Shown piece after piece: positions 27,485 through 37,909 of a stretch of 64,000 bases of DNA. Made by a program: the position numbers and the translations under genes. Source of the stretch: an uncultured Planctomycetia bacterium (GTDB lineage Bacteria; Omnitrophota; Gorgyraeia; VGKH01; JBHPFN01). The notes under the pieces were generated by a model, which searched no databases, had not been told where the DNA came from, and worked only from the letters and a program-made list of their open reading frames with translations. The stretch is from positions 135,412 through 199,411 of the forward strand of contig CAYOSQ010000001.1 in NCBI GenBank assembly GCA_964406665.1, read 5' to 3'. The stretch's first letter is position 1, and every line of letters begins with the position of its first letter.

Positions 27485-28182
27485 TGAAGATAGCAGTTTT
27501 TGGTTTAGAAGATTTTCCGCTGGGCAAAAATAAATTACCGGATTTTCGCATAGACGCGCTAAAAGTTTCAACTAATCCTGCCAAGACAACATATATTCAA
27601 ATAGAATTTATTGATGAGCAGAATTTAAAGGATGCAGACGGTATTGTTGCTTTAGATACAAAGAAAGCTGATGTTGCTCTCTTGGATTTAGAGTTAATCG
27701 AAACCAGGTTATCGCGTAGCGAAAGCGAAACAGAAAAGAATTTTCTTCTGCGCCTACAAAAGGAGCTTGAGCAGGAACATTTTTTAAGAAACCTATCTTT
27801 TAATGAAGAAGAGAAGAGTATGGTTTCCACGCTCAATTTTATAACAATAAAACCAATATTATTTATTTCTCAAGAAGACAGTAGTGATTTAGATTCACTG
27901 ATGCTTAAAATGTTTAAAGCCGCAGGAATGATTTCTTTTATTACTGTTGGTCAAAAAGAGCTCAGGGTCTGGGATTTAAAACATGGTTTAAATGCACATG
28001 ATGCCGCAGGATGTATTCATTCAGATATTCAAAGAGGTTTTATTAAGGCAGAAGTTTTTAATTATAAAGATGTCGAATCATTAGGCGATATAAGGGATGC
28101 ACGCTTAAAGGCAATGCATTTGGAAGAAAAAGAATATATCGTTGAAGATGGAGATATCTTAAATTTTAGATTTAATGTTTAA
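27484..28182 (+). CDS. YchF-homologous protein with degenerate P-loop (DUF933/TGS-like C-terminal domain retained)
   Basis: C-terminus EYIVEDGDILNFRFNV and KPILFISQ align with E. coli YchF (DYIVKDGDVMNFLFNV, KPTMYIANV). The N-terminus MKIAVFGLEDFPLGKNKL stands in place of the GLPNVGKST Walker A. GTG start overlaps the upstream stop (TAGTG). Confidence 0.6.
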   Translation: MKIAVFGLEDFPLGKNKLPDFRIDALKVSTNPAKTTYIQIEFIDEQNLKDADGIVALDTKKADVALLDLELIETRLSRSESETEKNFLLRLQKELEQEHFLRNLSFNEEEKSMVSTLNFITIKPILFISQEDSSDLDSLMLKMFKAAGMISFITVGQKELRVWDLKHGLNAHDAAGCIHSDIQRGFIKAEVFNYKDVESLGDIRDARLKAMHLEEKEYIVEDGDILNFRFNV

Positions 28183-28205
28183 CTTTCTTAAAAAGGGGAT
28201 AAGCA

Positions 28206-29765
28206 ATGATTAAGGTTAAGCGTGCTCTGATAAGTGTCTCAGATAAATCCGGAATAATTGAATTGGCTAAAGGATTAAGTAAATTAGGTGTTGAGATACT
28301 CTCAACCGGTGGAACTGCTAAGCTTATAAGGAATGCGGATATTCCTGTTAAAGACGTAAGTGAGTATACAGGATTTCCTGAAATGCTTGACGGTAGAGTA
28401 AAAACATTACATCCTAAGATTCATGGTGGCTTGCTTGCTCTAAGAGATAACCCGGAGCATGTATCACAGATAAAGCAGCACAACATTGAGCCAATTGATA
28501 TGGTGGTAATTAATCTCTATCCTTTCGAGAAGGTAATACGTAAATCAAAAGTACAGATTGAAGAAGCGATTGAGAATATTGATATCGGAGGTCCATCGAT
28601 GTTACGCTCTGCTGCAAAAAACTACAGGAGTGTTGCAGTTATAAGCGATCCTAGCCGTTATAGAGAAATTTTAAACGAGTTAGATAACAATAATGGAATG
28701 CTTTCCGATGCTTTGCTTAGGGATCTTGCCATAGATACATTTACGCTTACTTCACACTATGATGGCATAATCTACGATTTTCTTAAATCTAGACTAAAGA
28801 AAGCACAGCTGGCAAAAGAAGATAATTCTGAAAGTGCAAATTTGACTTTTAATAAGGTGCAAGATTTGCGCTATGGTGAGAATCCTCATCAAGAGGCAGC
28901 TTTTTATGCAAACGCAAAAAAACTTTCGGGCTTACCTTTAGCAAAGCAGCTTCACGGGAAAGAACTTTCTTTTAATAATATTCTGGATTTAGATGCAGCA
29001 GTTAATATTGTAAGAGATTTTAAAAATCCTACCGCTGTCGTTATAAAACATACTAACCCTTGTGGATTAGCAGAAGCAAAGACGCTTCATCAGGCATTTA
29101 AAGATGCTTGGGATTGTGATAGTTTGTCAGCTTTTGGTAGCATTGTAGGATTGAATCGAAAAGTTGATGTTAAAACCGCAACCGCAATCTCTAAGGCAGG
29201 CTTTGTAGAATGTGTAGTGGCTCCAGCATATGACACGAAGGCGCTTACCGTGCTTAAGAAAAAGAAGAATGTTAGAATTCTAAAGCTGGATTTGAATAAA
29301 TTTAATGTTGAGCCGGATATTAAAAAGGTTGCTGGTGGAATTCTTATTCAGGACAGCGATAAGAAAGAAGTGACTTTAAAAGATTTAAAGATTGCTACTA
29401 AGAAGAAGCCTTCAAAGGCACAATTGAAATCATTGATGTTTGCCTGGAAAGTAGTTAAGCATGTTAAGTCCAATGCTATTGTGCTTGTACAAGGTACAAA
29501 AACAGTAGGTATAGGTCCGGGTCAAACTAGTAGAGTAGATGCAACCATTATTTCGATAAGAAAAGCCGGCAAGAGAACTAAGGGTGCTGTTTTAGCCTCT
29601 GATGCATTTTTTCCTAAGGAAGATGCTGTGCAGCAGATGGCTAAAGCTAAGATAAAAGCGGTTATTCAGCCCGGTGGTTCAATTGGAGATGAGCAGATAA
29701 TTAAGCGAGCGAACAAAGCAAGCATATCCATGGTGTTTACAGGAACGAGGCATTTTAAGCACTAA
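28206..29765 (+). CDS. purH: Bifunctional AICAR transformylase / IMP cyclohydrolase PurH
   Basis: MGS-like N-terminus (ALISVSDKSGIIELAKGL...ILSTGGTAKLI) plus the AICARFT domain. 519 aa. Confidence 0.9.
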   Translation: MIKVKRALISVSDKSGIIELAKGLSKLGVEILSTGGTAKLIRNADIPVKDVSEYTGFPEMLDGRVKTLHPKIHGGLLALRDNPEHVSQIKQHNIEPIDMVVINLYPFEKVIRKSKVQIEEAIENIDIGGPSMLRSAAKNYRSVAVISDPSRYREILNELDNNNGMLSDALLRDLAIDTFTLTSHYDGIIYDFLKSRLKKAQLAKEDNSESANLTFNKVQDLRYGENPHQEAAFYANAKKLSGLPLAKQLHGKELSFNNILDLDAAVNIVRDFKNPTAVVIKHTNPCGLAEAKTLHQAFKDAWDCDSLSAFGSIVGLNRKVDVKTATAISKAGFVECVVAPAYDTKALTVLKKKKNVRILKLDLNKFNVEPDIKKVAGGILIQDSDKKEVTLKDLKIATKKKPSKAQLKSLMFAWKVVKHVKSNAIVLVQGTKTVGIGPGQTSRVDATIISIRKAGKRTKGAVLASDAFFPKEDAVQQMAKAKIKAVIQPGGSIGDEQIIKRANKASISMVFTGTRHFKH

Positions 29766-29788
29766 TTAGTAGGAAATTAGATATGATT

Positions 29789-29821
29789 GGGCGATTCTTA
29801 CAAGAATCGCCCTTTTTTTTC
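29789..29821 (+). terminator. Rho-independent terminator downstream of purH
   Basis: GGGCGATTCTT-ACA-AGAATCGCCC is a perfect 10-11 bp stem, followed by T9. Confidence 0.7.
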
Positions 29822-30006
29822 TAAATTAGTTAGAATTATTGAGAAATCCTCGCTTATGAGCAATCCTATGCTCATTTTTAAATATTTCCTATTTAAATAT
29901 TTATTTCAGGTTAAAAACCATTGCTATACAATATGTTATAAGTTAATGCTTTCAATCATCTGCAGTGTGTATTAAAAAAACTATTCGAGTTTTTTCGAAT
30001 AATCCC

Positions 30007-30035
30007 TTGAAATTCATCCCGAAATAGGCTATACT
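30007..30035 (+). promoter_or_regulatory. Sigma70-like promoter TTGAAA-N17-TATACT upstream of the PAS-GGDEF-HD-GYP gene
   Basis: CCCTTGAAATTCATCCCGAAATAGGCTATACTATT. Same -35 and -10 hexamers as the two riboswitch-led loci. Confidence 0.4.
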
Positions 30036-30099
30036 ATTAAAAAAGCGCTTTCTTGCCTAGCCACGGACATATACATCTAAACTTTCAGAAAGGAAGTAT

Positions 30100-33000
30100 A
30101 TGTCTGAAAAAGACAAAAAAATTAGTCCTTCAAAAAACCGAACTGTGAATCGGTCTGCCCAGAACGATTCAAGCTTACCTAAGAAACTCTCCAATTGTAA
30201 AAAGATAGAACAGGCATACCTAGAAACAGAATTACATTGCTCCAATGCACTTAATTCTTTATTTGATTCAATTCTTATTGTTGATAGAGAGTTAAAAATC
30301 ACTTTAATTAATGACGCCTTTAAAGAATGGAATAAAAAACTTGGTTTGTCAGATAACATGGTGGGTAAATACCTTTTTGAAGTATTCCCGTTTTTGCCGA
30401 ATAAGGTTAAACAGGAATATGATCAAGTCATTCAAAAAAGGGAATCTCTAATAACCGAGGAACACGTAAATGTTTTAGGAAGAAACTTGATAACAGAGGC
30501 TAGAAAGATTCCAGTTTTAAGAAACGGTGAGACAGTTCAAATAATTACCATGATTAGGGATATTACTGAGCGTAAAAAAATAGAAGAGAGAATAACTAAG
30601 ATAAACAAATGCTTTCTTGATTTTAGCTCGAACGCTGATGAGAATATAAATAAATTAGTTGCTCTTTGCGGAAAAATAATGGGAGGAAAATGTTCTGTTT
30701 ATAATAGGCTAGAAGGAGGATTGCTTTGCTCAGTGGGGAAATGGAACACCCCTAAGGATTATAATTCTATTAGTAATCCTGAGGGACATATTTGTTATGA
30801 TGTTATCAAGCGCGGCAGTGGAAAGTTCTGGATAGTACGCAATTTACCTCAGTCACGTTATGGGCAATCAGACCCAAATGTAAAAAGTTTCGGACTGCAG
30901 ACTTATATAGGTATTTCTGTTTCTTTCAACGGAAAGTGCGTAAGCGCACTATGTGTTGTATATCAAGAGGATGTTGTTATAGATAATGACGATAAGAAAT
31001 TTATGCAGCTGATTGCTTCTGCCATTGCTTCAGAAGAGAAGCGTAAAGAATCAGAAAAGGCTTTGTTGACCAGCAAGGAAAAATACAAGACCTTAACTCA
31101 TAATGTTAACATAGGCATATACAGGAATACAGCTGGTTCTCATGGTAAGTTTATTGAGGCGAATCCTGCGGTCATAAAAATGTTTGGATATAAAAACAGG
31201 CGTGATTTTTTGATTCGAAATGTCTGCGATTTGTACCAAAATAAGGCAGATCGAGAAAAGTTTAGCAGGAAGTTATTGGAAAAGGGATTTGTCAAGAATG
31301 AAGAATTACGCCTTAAGAAAAAAGACGGAAAGGCTTTTCTTGCATCTGTATCTGCCGTTGCTATAAAAGATGATAATGGCGAGATCAAATATTATGATGG
31401 AATAGTTGAAGATATAACCGAGAGAAAACAATCTGAAGTTAAATTGCGTAAATCAGAAGAAAAATACAGATTTCTTTTTGAAAAAAGTGCGATTCTTGCC
31501 ATAGTTGTCGGTGAGGATAAAAAGATCAAAGATGTAAATAAGTGGACTTGGGAAACTTTAGGATATGCAAGAAATGAAATAATTGGAAAAACAGCTTTAG
31601 ATTTCGTTGTTCCTGAAGAAAGAGAAAGAGCGCGAGAGGAATTAAAAAAATCATTTAACGATGAAATATCCTCCGGTGTTGGAATTAACGTACTTGCCAA
31701 AGATGGCAGTACGCATACGATTCTTTTTTCTCCCGGACAGGTTTTACTGCAGGAAAAAGGTAAGATTTCCAGCATACTTCTAACAGGTTTAGACATTACT
31801 GATCGTAAAATATCTGAAAAAAATCAGCTTGATATGACATCACATTTGCGCGCCGTGGTAGCTGCAACCGATGAACTTATTAATTGTTCGAATCTTGAAG
31901 TTGTTTACCGCTGGGCAGTAGAATTTGCCAGAAATAAGCTAGGACTAGAGAGATGCGCGATATTTTTGGAAGAAGGAGGTTATGTTCAAGGTATTTATGG
32001 AACTGATAAAAATGGTAATACAACAGACGAACATACGAATCGTTTTTTAAAGAATGAATCCTGGAAACAGCGTTTTAGGATGCTTCATCCTCAAGACCCA
32101 AGTTGGGTGGTAGTTAAGGAGCCGCAGCTAGAATGGGATGGAGATAAAACTGTTCAAATAGGAGAAGGTTGGATTGTAATAACGCCTATTCAATCTACCC
32201 AACGTCCTATAGGCGTGTTGGTTAATGATACAGCCATAAGCGGTTGTGTATTAGATCCTATGAAGCAAGATACCTTGGCTGTGTTTTGTTCTCTCTTGGG
32301 AAACATTATTGAGCGTAAACGTGCAGAAAATAAATTAGAGATAGTTAACAAAAAACTACTTCAGTCAAACAGAAGGTTGAAACAGCTTGCTTTAAGGGAT
32401 TCTCATACTGGATTATATAATCATAGATATTTGGAAGAAGCAATCAATTCTGAATTCGACCGCGCAAAACGCTATGCCTATTCTCTTTCTGTAATTATGC
32501 TCGACATTGATTATTTTAAATCCATAAATGATGTTTATGGCCATCAGTTTGGTGACCTTATATTAAAACAGTTTTCCCGTCAACTTAAGCGTCTGGTACG
32601 TAAATATGATACTGTTATTCGTTTTGGTGGAGAAGAGTTTATTATTCTTTCCCCGGGTATTGATAGATTTACAGCCATGATTTTAGCCCGTCGACTCTTA
32701 AATGTTGTTAATTTATGCAATTTCGGCAATCAGGAAAATAGTATAAAGTTAAAATTAAGTTTGTCTATTTCTTCCTATCCTGAAGATAATGCTTCTAAAG
32801 GAATGGATTTGATTAATCTGGTTGATCAGATTTTAAACAGGGCAAAAGAAGATGGAGGAGATCGGGTTTATTCTTCCCAGGAGATGGGTAAAGAAAAAGA
32901 TCCGGTATTAAACAAGGTGGAAAGAAGTACCGATATTAATTTCCTTCAGGAAAAAATAGATAAGCTTACCAGAAGGGCGAACCAGAGTTTGATAGAAGCA

Positions 33001-33531
33001 ATCTTTGCTTTTGCAAAGACGATAAAATTAAAAGACGATTATACTGGAGAACATGTTGAGGAGACTGTGTTTTTTGCAACTGAAATAGCCAGAAGGTTAA
33101 AGTTGACTAAATTTCAAATTGAGCAGATTCGTCAGGCTTCGAAGTTGCATGATCTAGGTAAAATCGGCGTAAGCGAGAGAATTTTACGTAAAAAATCTAA
33201 ATTAACCAAGAAAGAATTTGATGAGATAAAAAAACATACTTTAATTGGAGCTGATATATTAAGGCCGATTCATTTTCTGCATGATATTATTCCGCTAATA
33301 CTTTATCATCACGAACGCTGGGATGGTACAGGGTATCCTTATGGGTTAAAGAAAGAAGAAATACCTGTTGGGGCCCGTATAGTAGCCGTTGCCGATACTT
33401 TTCAAGCACTCACCTCTGATCGCCCATATCGCAAGGCATTTTCTAAGGCTAAGGCAAAAACAATTGTTAGAGAAAATGCTGGTACGCAGTTTGATCCTAA
33501 AATAGTAAATGCATTTTTAGCTTTAACATAG
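30100..33531 (+). CDS. Multidomain c-di-GMP turnover protein: PAS/PAC sensor domains, GGDEF diguanylate cyclase and HD-GYP phosphodiesterase
   Basis: Several PAS-like blocks. GGDEF domain with DIDYFKSINDVYGHQFGD and an intact RFGGEEFIIL (GGEEF) active site. C-terminal HD-GYP with HDLGKIGV and HHERWDGTGYPYGL. Confidence 0.85.
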   Translation: MSEKDKKISPSKNRTVNRSAQNDSSLPKKLSNCKKIEQAYLETELHCSNALNSLFDSILIVDRELKITLINDAFKEWNKKLGLSDNMVGKYLFEVFPFLPNKVKQEYDQVIQKRESLITEEHVNVLGRNLITEARKIPVLRNGETVQIITMIRDITERKKIEERITKINKCFLDFSSNADENINKLVALCGKIMGGKCSVYNRLEGGLLCSVGKWNTPKDYNSISNPEGHICYDVIKRGSGKFWIVRNLPQSRYGQSDPNVKSFGLQTYIGISVSFNGKCVSALCVVYQEDVVIDNDDKKFMQLIASAIASEEKRKESEKALLTSKEKYKTLTHNVNIGIYRNTAGSHGKFIEANPAVIKMFGYKNRRDFLIRNVCDLYQNKADREKFSRKLLEKGFVKNEELRLKKKDGKAFLASVSAVAIKDDNGEIKYYDGIVEDITERKQSEVKLRKSEEKYRFLFEKSAILAIVVGEDKKIKDVNKWTWETLGYARNEIIGKTALDFVVPEERERAREELKKSFNDEISSGVGINVLAKDGSTHTILFSPGQVLLQEKGKISSILLTGLDITDRKISEKNQLDMTSHLRAVVAATDELINCSNLEVVYRWAVEFARNKLGLERCAIFLEEGGYVQGIYGTDKNGNTTDEHTNRFLKNESWKQRFRMLHPQDPSWVVVKEPQLEWDGDKTVQIGEGWIVITPIQSTQRPIGVLVNDTAISGCVLDPMKQDTLAVFCSLLGNIIERKRAENKLEIVNKKLLQSNRRLKQLALRDSHTGLYNHRYLEEAINSEFDRAKRYAYSLSVIMLDIDYFKSINDVYGHQFGDLILKQFSRQLKRLVRKYDTVIRFGGEEFIILSPGIDRFTAMILARRLLNVVNLCNFGNQENSIKLKLSLSISSYPEDNASKGMDLINLVDQILNRAKEDGGDRVYSSQEMGKEKDPVLNKVERSTDINFLQEKIDKLTRRANQSLIEAIFAFAKTIKLKDDYTGEHVEETVFFATEIARRLKLTKFQIEQIRQASKLHDLGKIGVSERILRKKSKLTKKEFDEIKKHTLIGADILRPIHFLHDIIPLILYHHERWDGTGYPYGLKKEEIPVGARIVAVADTFQALTSDRPYRKAFSKAKAKTIVRENAGTQFDPKIVNAFLALT

Positions 33532-33579
33532 TGCATTTTATTATTTTTTTATTCTCGCCGTAATTCTTTTCTTTTCAAC

Positions 33580-33608
33580 TTGCCAAAAGTAGCAAATAGA
33601 GTTAATAT
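33580..33608 (+). promoter_or_regulatory. Candidate promoter TTGCCA-N17-TAATAT
   Basis: Sequence match only, 28 nt upstream of the start at 33636. Confidence 0.25.
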
Positions 33609-33635
33609 AAAACCATCATAATATAAGGAGAAATA

Positions 33636-34535
33636 ATGGCTTGTAAGAATCATGGCGATAAAGAAGCAGTATATCAGTGTAATAGTTGTAATGGTTGTTT
33701 CTGTAAATCATGTATTGAAGAACGTAAGATCGGAGATTTTTCCGCTCTTATCTGTCGTGATTGTGGAGGCAAGTGTGATGAGCTTTTGGAAGATGGAAGA
33801 GTAAAGAACAAAGTAGAGCGTAAAGCACAGGTAACAGAGGTTGCGTCATTTTGGGTAGAGTTGTTTAGATCATTTCTGTATCCTTTGAAAAGCGGTGCCC
33901 GATCATTTCTCTTTACGGGAGCTATTTTCTTCGGTCTTTTTTTTAGATTCAGCAGGATGGCAGGAATTTTCGGACTGCCTTTAATAATAATTTTATGTAG
34001 CTATCTTCTTATCTATATATTTCAGATTATAGTTACCTCTGCATATGGTGATGATGAACCACCCGGATGGCCCGGAATGTCTCAATGGATTGATATGGTT
34101 TTTGGTCCGCTTTTATTTATTTTAATTGCCACTGTCTTGTGTTATGCTCCTTCTGTGGCATATGTCTATTATACTCACAATTTTGATTTTGTTTTCTGGT
34201 TATTAGTGTTAGGCGGGATGTTTGTTCATCCAATGTTTTTATTGCTTATAGCCATGACCGAAAAAATTGCTGCCTTAAATCCCTTGTTGGTTGTTGTTTC
34301 GATATTTAAGGTCCCGGTTGAGTATTTTGTGGCAGCAGTTATGTTTATACTTTTAGTAGGTATCCGCTATATATCTAGAGGGGCTTTTTCCGGAATTCCT
34401 TTCGTGGGATTTATAGTTCAGGAACTTTTGATGTTTTACTGTTTGATGGTGGAAATGCGCATTCTGGGAGTTTTTTATAGGTCTAACGAAGCACACTTTA
34501 GCGATGAAGATCCAGAAGCAGTAGAATCTGTATAA
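33636..34535 (+). CDS. Membrane protein with N-terminal double Cys4 zinc-ribbon/B-box-like module and about six TM helices
   Basis: N-terminal CKNHGDKEAVYQCNSCNGCFCKSCIEERKIGDFSALICRDCGGKCDEL has 9 Cys in 45 aa, then multiple long hydrophobic segments. Good RBS AAGGAGA. Confidence 0.5.
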   Translation: MACKNHGDKEAVYQCNSCNGCFCKSCIEERKIGDFSALICRDCGGKCDELLEDGRVKNKVERKAQVTEVASFWVELFRSFLYPLKSGARSFLFTGAIFFGLFFRFSRMAGIFGLPLIIILCSYLLIYIFQIIVTSAYGDDEPPGWPGMSQWIDMVFGPLLFILIATVLCYAPSVAYVYYTHNFDFVFWLLVLGGMFVHPMFLLLIAMTEKIAALNPLLVVVSIFKVPVEYFVAAVMFILLVGIRYISRGAFSGIPFVGFIVQELLMFYCLMVEMRILGVFYRSNEAHFSDEDPEAVESV

Positions 34536-34581
34536 ACAACAACTTCTTAAAACAGTTCTTCAATCCGCAATATAATTTTTA

Positions 34582-35922
34582 ATGGTTACATTTGTTGAAG
34601 CCCAAGAATATCTCGATTCTTTCGTTAATTACGAAGAAAAAATAAAATATTCCTATGAACATGGATTTCGTTTAGCTAGAGTAGAAAGCTTCTTAAAATC
34701 GTTAGGGGATCCACAAAAACATCTTCGTGCAATTAATGTTGCCGGTACAAAAGGCAAGGGTTCGACATGCGCATTTTTGGCAAATATTTTAAGTCAGGCC
34801 GGTTTTAAAGTTGGACTATATACCTCTCCTCATCTTGCTACAATTAGAGAAAGGATAAGGATCTTCAAAGGAGAAGAAGGCGGTTGTTTTTCTGGGCTGA
34901 TCTCTGAAGAAGACCTGTGCAAATATGTTGAACGCTTAAAATCTTTTATCGATGATTTTAATTTAATCTCATCTCAGGGAGAATTAACATTTTTTGAAAT
35001 ATGCACCGCATTGGCTTTTTTGTATTTTAAAGAAAATAGTGTAGACTTTACCATTTTAGAAACAGGGATGGGTGGTCGACTGGATGCAACTAATACTACG
35101 GATCCGCTTGTTTCAGTGGTTACCCCGATCAGTTTAGAGCACGCACAGCTTCTTGGTAGTAGCATTGCAGAGATATCTAGAGAAAAAGCCGGAATTATTA
35201 AAAACATAGATCAGATGGTTGTTGTCGCTCCTCAAGTAAAAGAAGCCCTTAATGTTATTCGCTCAAGATGTAAAGAGATTAAGGCCAAGAGTATTTTAGT
35301 TGGCGAAGATATTTTATTTGAGAAGATTAGTGGTAATGTTGAAGAGCAGGTATTCAATTGTTCCTGTGGACAAAAACAGTATTCTAAGCTACAATTACGC
35401 CTTATAGGAAAGCACCAGCTTGTTAATGCTGCTTGTAGTATAGGCGCTATTGAGGCACTTAAATCTTTCGATATTAATATTGCTGAAGAAGCAGTAAGAA
35501 GCGGTTTGCAAAATACCTGTTGGCCGGGTAGGTTCGAGATCGTTAGCAAAAAACCTATAATAGTTTTAGATGGAGCCCAGAATGCAGCATCTGCAGTTGC
35601 TTTAAGTAATACATTAGAAGAGCTGTTCGTTGGGAGAAATTTTATTTTTGTATTAGGTGTGAGTAGCGATAAGGATATAAAAGGAATATCTGAAATAATT
35701 TCTCCAATAGCAAAGAAGGTAATTTTAACTCAGGCACAAAGCTGCCGGGCAATGTCAGTTGATATAATGGAGGAATATTTTAAGCCAGATATTGTGCAGA
35801 AAACAAAAAACATATCGGATGCTTTAGATATAGCAAATACGATGATGGATGATAATAGCGTTATAGTAATTACTGGTTCGTTGTTTGTAGTTGCTCAAGC
35901 AAGAGAAAAATGTTTAAGTTAA
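34582..35922 (+). CDS. folC: Folylpolyglutamate synthase / dihydrofolate synthase (Mur ligase family)
   Basis: VAGTKGKGST P-loop of the Mur ligase family, and FolC-length architecture (446 aa). Confidence 0.8.
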   Translation: MVTFVEAQEYLDSFVNYEEKIKYSYEHGFRLARVESFLKSLGDPQKHLRAINVAGTKGKGSTCAFLANILSQAGFKVGLYTSPHLATIRERIRIFKGEEGGCFSGLISEEDLCKYVERLKSFIDDFNLISSQGELTFFEICTALAFLYFKENSVDFTILETGMGGRLDATNTTDPLVSVVTPISLEHAQLLGSSIAEISREKAGIIKNIDQMVVVAPQVKEALNVIRSRCKEIKAKSILVGEDILFEKISGNVEEQVFNCSCGQKQYSKLQLRLIGKHQLVNAACSIGAIEALKSFDINIAEEAVRSGLQNTCWPGRFEIVSKKPIIVLDGAQNAASAVALSNTLEELFVGRNFIFVLGVSSDKDIKGISEIISPIAKKVILTQAQSCRAMSVDIMEEYFKPDIVQKTKNISDALDIANTMMDDNSVIVITGSLFVVAQAREKCLS

Positions 35923-37331
35923 ATTTTGATGATACTATAACAGCCATATCTACTCCTTTGGGACAAGGCGGGATAGGCATTGTGCGTTTAAGCGGCAAGG
36001 ATGCTTTACCAATTGCCAATAAGATCTTTGTTTCAAAAGACAAAAAGAAGCCATCTAAATTTAAGTCATATACCGTTCATTACGGTTGGATTAAAGATGA
36101 TTACATGAAATCATCTTCCAAGAAAAAACAGAGCAGTGTTATTGATGAGGTTATTTTAACCGTGATGCGTTCTCCTAAGACATATACCAGGGAAGATGTT
36201 GTTGAGATTAACTGTCATTCAGGCATGGTGCCTTTAAGAAGAATTCTAGAAGCAGTGGTTAAGAATGGAGCGCGCTTAGCCGAACCGGGAGAATTTACGC
36301 GCCGGGCGTTTATTAACGGCAGGATTGATTTAATTCAGGCTGAGGCGGTTTTGGATATTATTCAGTCAAAAACAGAGGCGTCTTTTAAGCTCGGGATAAA
36401 TCAACTTAAAGGTGATCTTTCTGACAGAATAGAACATATGCGCAATGAAACCTTGGAGATGTTGACGCATGTAGAAGCTGATATTAATTTTCCTGATGAG
36501 GAAGATGTGAGTAGTTTACCTAAAGCGCGCCTGATAGGGCAACTTAAAAAAGTAAAATCACAGTTAAATGACATACTTTGTTTTTCTCAAGAAGGAAAAA
36601 TATTGCGAGAAGGTATATCTGTTGTTATATGTGGTAAGCCGAACGTAGGAAAATCATCTTTGCTTAATGCTATAATAAGGAAAGAAAAGGCCATTGTTAC
36701 AGCTGTTGCTGGAACAACTAGAGATTCTGTTGAGGACGAGGTAAGCTTATCCGGAATTCCTGTTAGGCTCATTGATACTGCTGGAATAGAAGTACCGGAA
36801 AATATCGTTGAAGAGGCCGCACTTCTTAAAAGCCGGCAGAATATCAATGAGGCAGACGTTGTAATTATGCTGTTTGATGCAAGTATGCCAATAAGTAAAA
36901 AAGACAAAAATTTAATCAGTGAGATTAAGGATAAGAATATTATTTACGCTGTAAACAAAATAGATTTACCTGAGAAAATAAATATTGATAAATTAAAGAA
37001 AATCTGCGGCGTTAAGAAAATTATAAGAATTTCGGCACTTAAAAAACAAGGACTTAATCTTCTTGAGAAGGCAGTAGTTAAAAGTATTATGTCTTCGACA
37101 GCTATTAACAGCGAGCAGATTATAATAAGCAACGTAAGACACATAACATTATTGAAAAGCATTAAAGAACACATTGATTGCGCAATCTCTTCTTTAGATA
37201 AGGCGTTGCCTATAGAATTTGTTGCTGAGGAACTAAAGGTTTCTTTAGATTTTTTTGACAGATTAATAGGTAATAGCGCAAGAGAAGATTTGTTAGATAA
37301 AATATTCTCAGAGTTTTGCATTGGTAAATAA
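35910..37331 (+). CDS. mnmE: tRNA modification GTPase MnmE (TrmE)
   Basis: N-terminal TrmE domain, central G domain (ICGKPNVGKSSLLNA, DTAG, NKID) and the C-terminal ...FCIGK tail. Confidence 0.85.
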   Translation: MFKLNFDDTITAISTPLGQGGIGIVRLSGKDALPIANKIFVSKDKKKPSKFKSYTVHYGWIKDDYMKSSSKKKQSSVIDEVILTVMRSPKTYTREDVVEINCHSGMVPLRRILEAVVKNGARLAEPGEFTRRAFINGRIDLIQAEAVLDIIQSKTEASFKLGINQLKGDLSDRIEHMRNETLEMLTHVEADINFPDEEDVSSLPKARLIGQLKKVKSQLNDILCFSQEGKILREGISVVICGKPNVGKSSLLNAIIRKEKAIVTAVAGTTRDSVEDEVSLSGIPVRLIDTAGIEVPENIVEEAALLKSRQNINEADVVIMLFDASMPISKKDKNLISEIKDKNIIYAVNKIDLPEKINIDKLKKICGVKKIIRISALKKQGLNLLEKAVVKSIMSSTAINSEQIIISNVRHITLLKSIKEHIDCAISSLDKALPIEFVAEELKVSLDFFDRLIGNSAREDLLDKIFSEFCIGK

Positions 37332-37350
37332 TCAAATGAAAGGAAAATAG

Positions 37351-37908
37351 ATGGATAAGAAAAAAATTGAGCAAGCAATAAAGATGATTCTAGAAGGGAT
37401 TGGAGAAGATCCCAAAAAGAAAGATTTGCAGGATACGCCAAAGCGTGTGGCCGAAATGTATGAAGAGATTTTTGCAGGGATATCGGCTAAGCCAGAAGAA
37501 GAGCTAGAAGTTATCTTAGATCAGAAACATGATGAGATTGTTTTATTAAAAGGTATTCCGCTTTATTCTGTATGCGAACATCATCTGCTTCCGTTTATCG
37601 GCAAGGCACATGTGGCTTATATTCCGAAAAATGGTAGAGTAACAGGATTAAGTAAGTTATCACGTGTTGTAGATACTTTGGCTAAGCGTCTTCAGGTTCA
37701 GGAAAGACTGACTACCGAGATCGCAGAAATAATTATGTCTAAGTTGAAACCTCGCGGAGTAATGGTTATAATAGAAGCAGAGCATCTTTGTATGTCAATG
37801 CGCGGAGTTAAAAAATCTGGTACACTAACAGTTACTTCGGCAGTTAGAGGAGTTTTTAAAGAGAACGAAAAGACGCGCGCAGAAACACTAGCTTTAATTA
37901 AATCTTAA
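37351..37908 (+). CDS. folE: GTP cyclohydrolase I
   Basis: [10 protein letters not shown] and downstream conserved blocks. 185 aa. Confidence 0.9.
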   Translation: MDKKKIEQAIKMILEGIGEDPKKKDLQDTPKRVAEMYEEIFAGISAKPEEELEVILDQKHDEIVLLKGIPLYSVCEHHLLPFIGKAHVAYIPKNGRVTGLSKLSRVVDTLAKRLQVQERLTTEIAEIIMSKLKPRGVMVIIEAEHLCMSMRGVKKSGTLTVTSAVRGVFKENEKTRAETLALIKS

Positions 37909-37909
37909 A

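Noticed and set aside
29787-30359. Small ORFs 29787..29975 (+) and 30057..30359 (-) in the purH to GGDEF intergenic region
   Set aside because: The first overlaps the strong purH terminator hairpin and is AT-rich low complexity. The second lies antisense to the promoter, 5'-UTR and start of the GGDEF gene. Neither has an RBS.
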